Source: Penicillus capitatus (lineage: Eukaryota; Plantae; Chlorophyta). Taken from it: 64,000 nt of DNA. Location: contig OZ287709.1 in the NCBI GenBank assembly GCA_965649825.1, positions 186,001 through 250,000 on the forward strand, read 5' to 3'. The notes beneath the pieces were generated by a model. It searched no databases. It saw nothing but the letters and a program-made list of their open reading frames with translations, and had not been told where the DNA came from. How positions within the stretch are numbered: the stretch's first letter is position 1; the number at the start of each line of letters is the position of its first letter. Of the stretch, positions 62,316 to 64,000 are shown one piece after another. A program made the translations under genes and the position numbers.

Positions 62316-64000
62316 ATGTGGCGCGTTCGGGCAGCAGTAGCCGTGGCATTTTTGGGTCCGTTTAATTCGGGTAGAAACCCCAGCATTGGCACCATCTTCC
62401 CGATCGAGGCGTTTCTATGTGCGTAGCTGTGGCCCTTGTCCTCGTCAACACAATGCTAACGCAGTTATCCGAAGACTTGAGATTCGACAAGAATAGTGGC
62501 GGTGCTGTGGGGACTGCTGCGCTTTACGTCGGTGGCCTGGCCGGCGGTCTTAGCGCTGTGCACTTCGAGAAAGCCAGCGGTACATTCATGCAGCTGTGGA
62601 CGGGTATCCTATTTTCGGTCGGGAATACCCTCGCGGCGTTCGCCACCGAACAGAAGGTCTGTTGGAGTGGACTGCACGGATGTAGCCCAAGCATGTTACT
62701 GGGCGGACGCCTACTAACGGGGTTCGCCTGCGGTCTTGTGCTCGCTCTTACTCCAAAGTACGCCGACTTACCTACAGCATTACAACAACGATATTCATGT
62801 GGTAGGTATCCGGCTGAAGTTTCGTCAACCGACGAAAGAAACGCGGTTAAATCATACTCGCAGGTGTACTGACTGTTATACGCGTTTCGCTTACACACAT
62901 CTTGTGACAGGTATCATTCGCCACTGGATCTCTTTATGGGCTGCTCCTTGGCCTGCCATACGAATTTGATGTTCGATTTTGCATCGGCTGTGAGTGGTGG
63001 AGGATCATGTTCCTCATGGCATCACTACCGTCAACGTTACAGGTAAGCATCGACTCCTCTACTTCCCTCCTGAAGAAAGCCATAAGCAGTGTTTATTGAC
63101 GCTGGCGGCGTTCCCTCTGTTTCAACACTCGCATGCTTCGACTGAAGCGACCGAGACAAGTGTATCCTCTATACAGATTGAATCTGGGTACACGACTGAT
63201 CAAACGAATGAATCTGGACTCAACTTGAAGGATGGACTCATCGATAAAAATACCACAACGAATGAAGTGAGCACTGGAATGTCACTTAACTCACTATGTA
63301 TGCCCCCCAAGTACATAACCCAGACCGCCGAGCAAAGCCTACCAACTCCCTCTCTGTTCGCCTGTCTATTCGACAGGAAATACCTTCGATCTATCATATT
63401 GGGAATCGGCTTCCCAGTTCTTTGCCAACTCACTGGAGTCAGTGTCTTTGCTTCCTACTCGACAACAATCTTGCAGAATACCGGAATGGAGAGAGCAATT
63501 CTGGGCAGTGTCACTTGCGGATCGGCGGCCGTCATTGGCAGTATCGTCTCCGTTTTTCTTTTTCACAGATTTAGCAGAAAAGCGATGGCCTGTGTAAGTT
63601 TCTCTGCTATGGCAATGTGCTGCCTGGCTCTCTCACTTTCAGATTTAGCGCCAACAATAATCTCCGGACTTTTCTCCGTTATCTGCATTTTTGGATTTGT
63701 TTTTTTCTATGCATCAGTGTGTAGTACTTTACACACGGGTCTTCCGACAGAAATCTTGCCTCCTGAAGTTGCAAGTGCTGCCTTTGAATTGGGTCGGTTT
63801 CTTTCATGGCTGTGTGCTTTTATCATCGTCCTCATTTCACCTGCCATTCTCGACGCTGCTGGGGCACTTTGGCTGTACCTTGCATTTTTTGCTTCGTGTT
63901 TCGTTTCTTTACTCTTTTGGAAATGCGCCATCGAACCGAAGGAACAAGAATTGAAGGATATCGTGGAGGAGCTCATGAACATGCCTGATACCTCTGTGGC
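62316..64000 (+). CDS. MFS sugar porter ST7, 5 exons, runs off the window end
   Basis: MWRVRAAVAVAFLGPFNS|AVAL...QKVCWSGLHGC...GRLLTG...WWRIMF...CQLTGVS...IEPKEQELKDIVEEL; final exon open to 64000. Confidence 0.85.

Noticed and set aside
1-64000. Non-canonical code (TAA/TAG = Gln) used by some ulvophytes
   Set aside because: ST1 ends TAG at the same position where ST4 ends TGA; RPL33, NUDC, MOC1 and BIO1 end at TAA where homologues end.
1-64000. Prokaryotic operon, CRISPR array or defence island
   Set aside because: Genes are eukaryotic and intron-split. The only short repeats are coding tandem repeats without unique spacers, and no cas genes are present.
1-64000. Numerous 60-150 aa ORFs antisense to or out of frame with the called genes
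   Set aside because: Shadow ORFs expected at about 52% GC; they overlap well-supported exons and introns and lack motifs.

Overview
Gene-dense eukaryotic nuclear DNA with many short (about 45-60 nt) GT-AG introns and the standard genetic code: paralogous transporters end interchangeably in TAG, TGA and TAA. Plastid-related genes (MOC1, a CBM48 glucan-phosphatase-like gene, pGlcT-like transporters), a fused BIO3-BIO1 and TGTAA motifs downstream of several stops point to a chlorophyte green alga; a siphonous ulvophyte is my guess only. Manual splicing recovers about 28 protein genes. Recognisable housekeeping genes are BIO3-BIO1, a NUP42/CG1-like gene, mitochondrial rpL33, NudC, VPS51, PAP2, an NAD epimerase-like gene, MOC1, an FMO, a GPR107-like gene, CCDC47, RNF121, EIPR1 and RNASEH2B. 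Most notable: (1) seven divergent MFS sugar-porter paralogues sharing an unusual CWGGxxxGC outer loop, with diversified binding residues, patchy inter-paralogue exchange and a ~7 kb segmental duplication; (2) a hidden two-exon secreted 6-Cys knottin resembling potato carboxypeptidase inhibitor; (3) a secreted trypsin-ankyrin gene with six exact 99-nt phase-0 repeat exons; (4) a spliced antisense gene nested in a 1.9 kb intron of BIO3-BIO1; (5) several pseudo-enzymes; (6) a truncated LINE-like insertion with a 16-bp target-site duplication. All family calls are by eye from motifs; no database searches were run.
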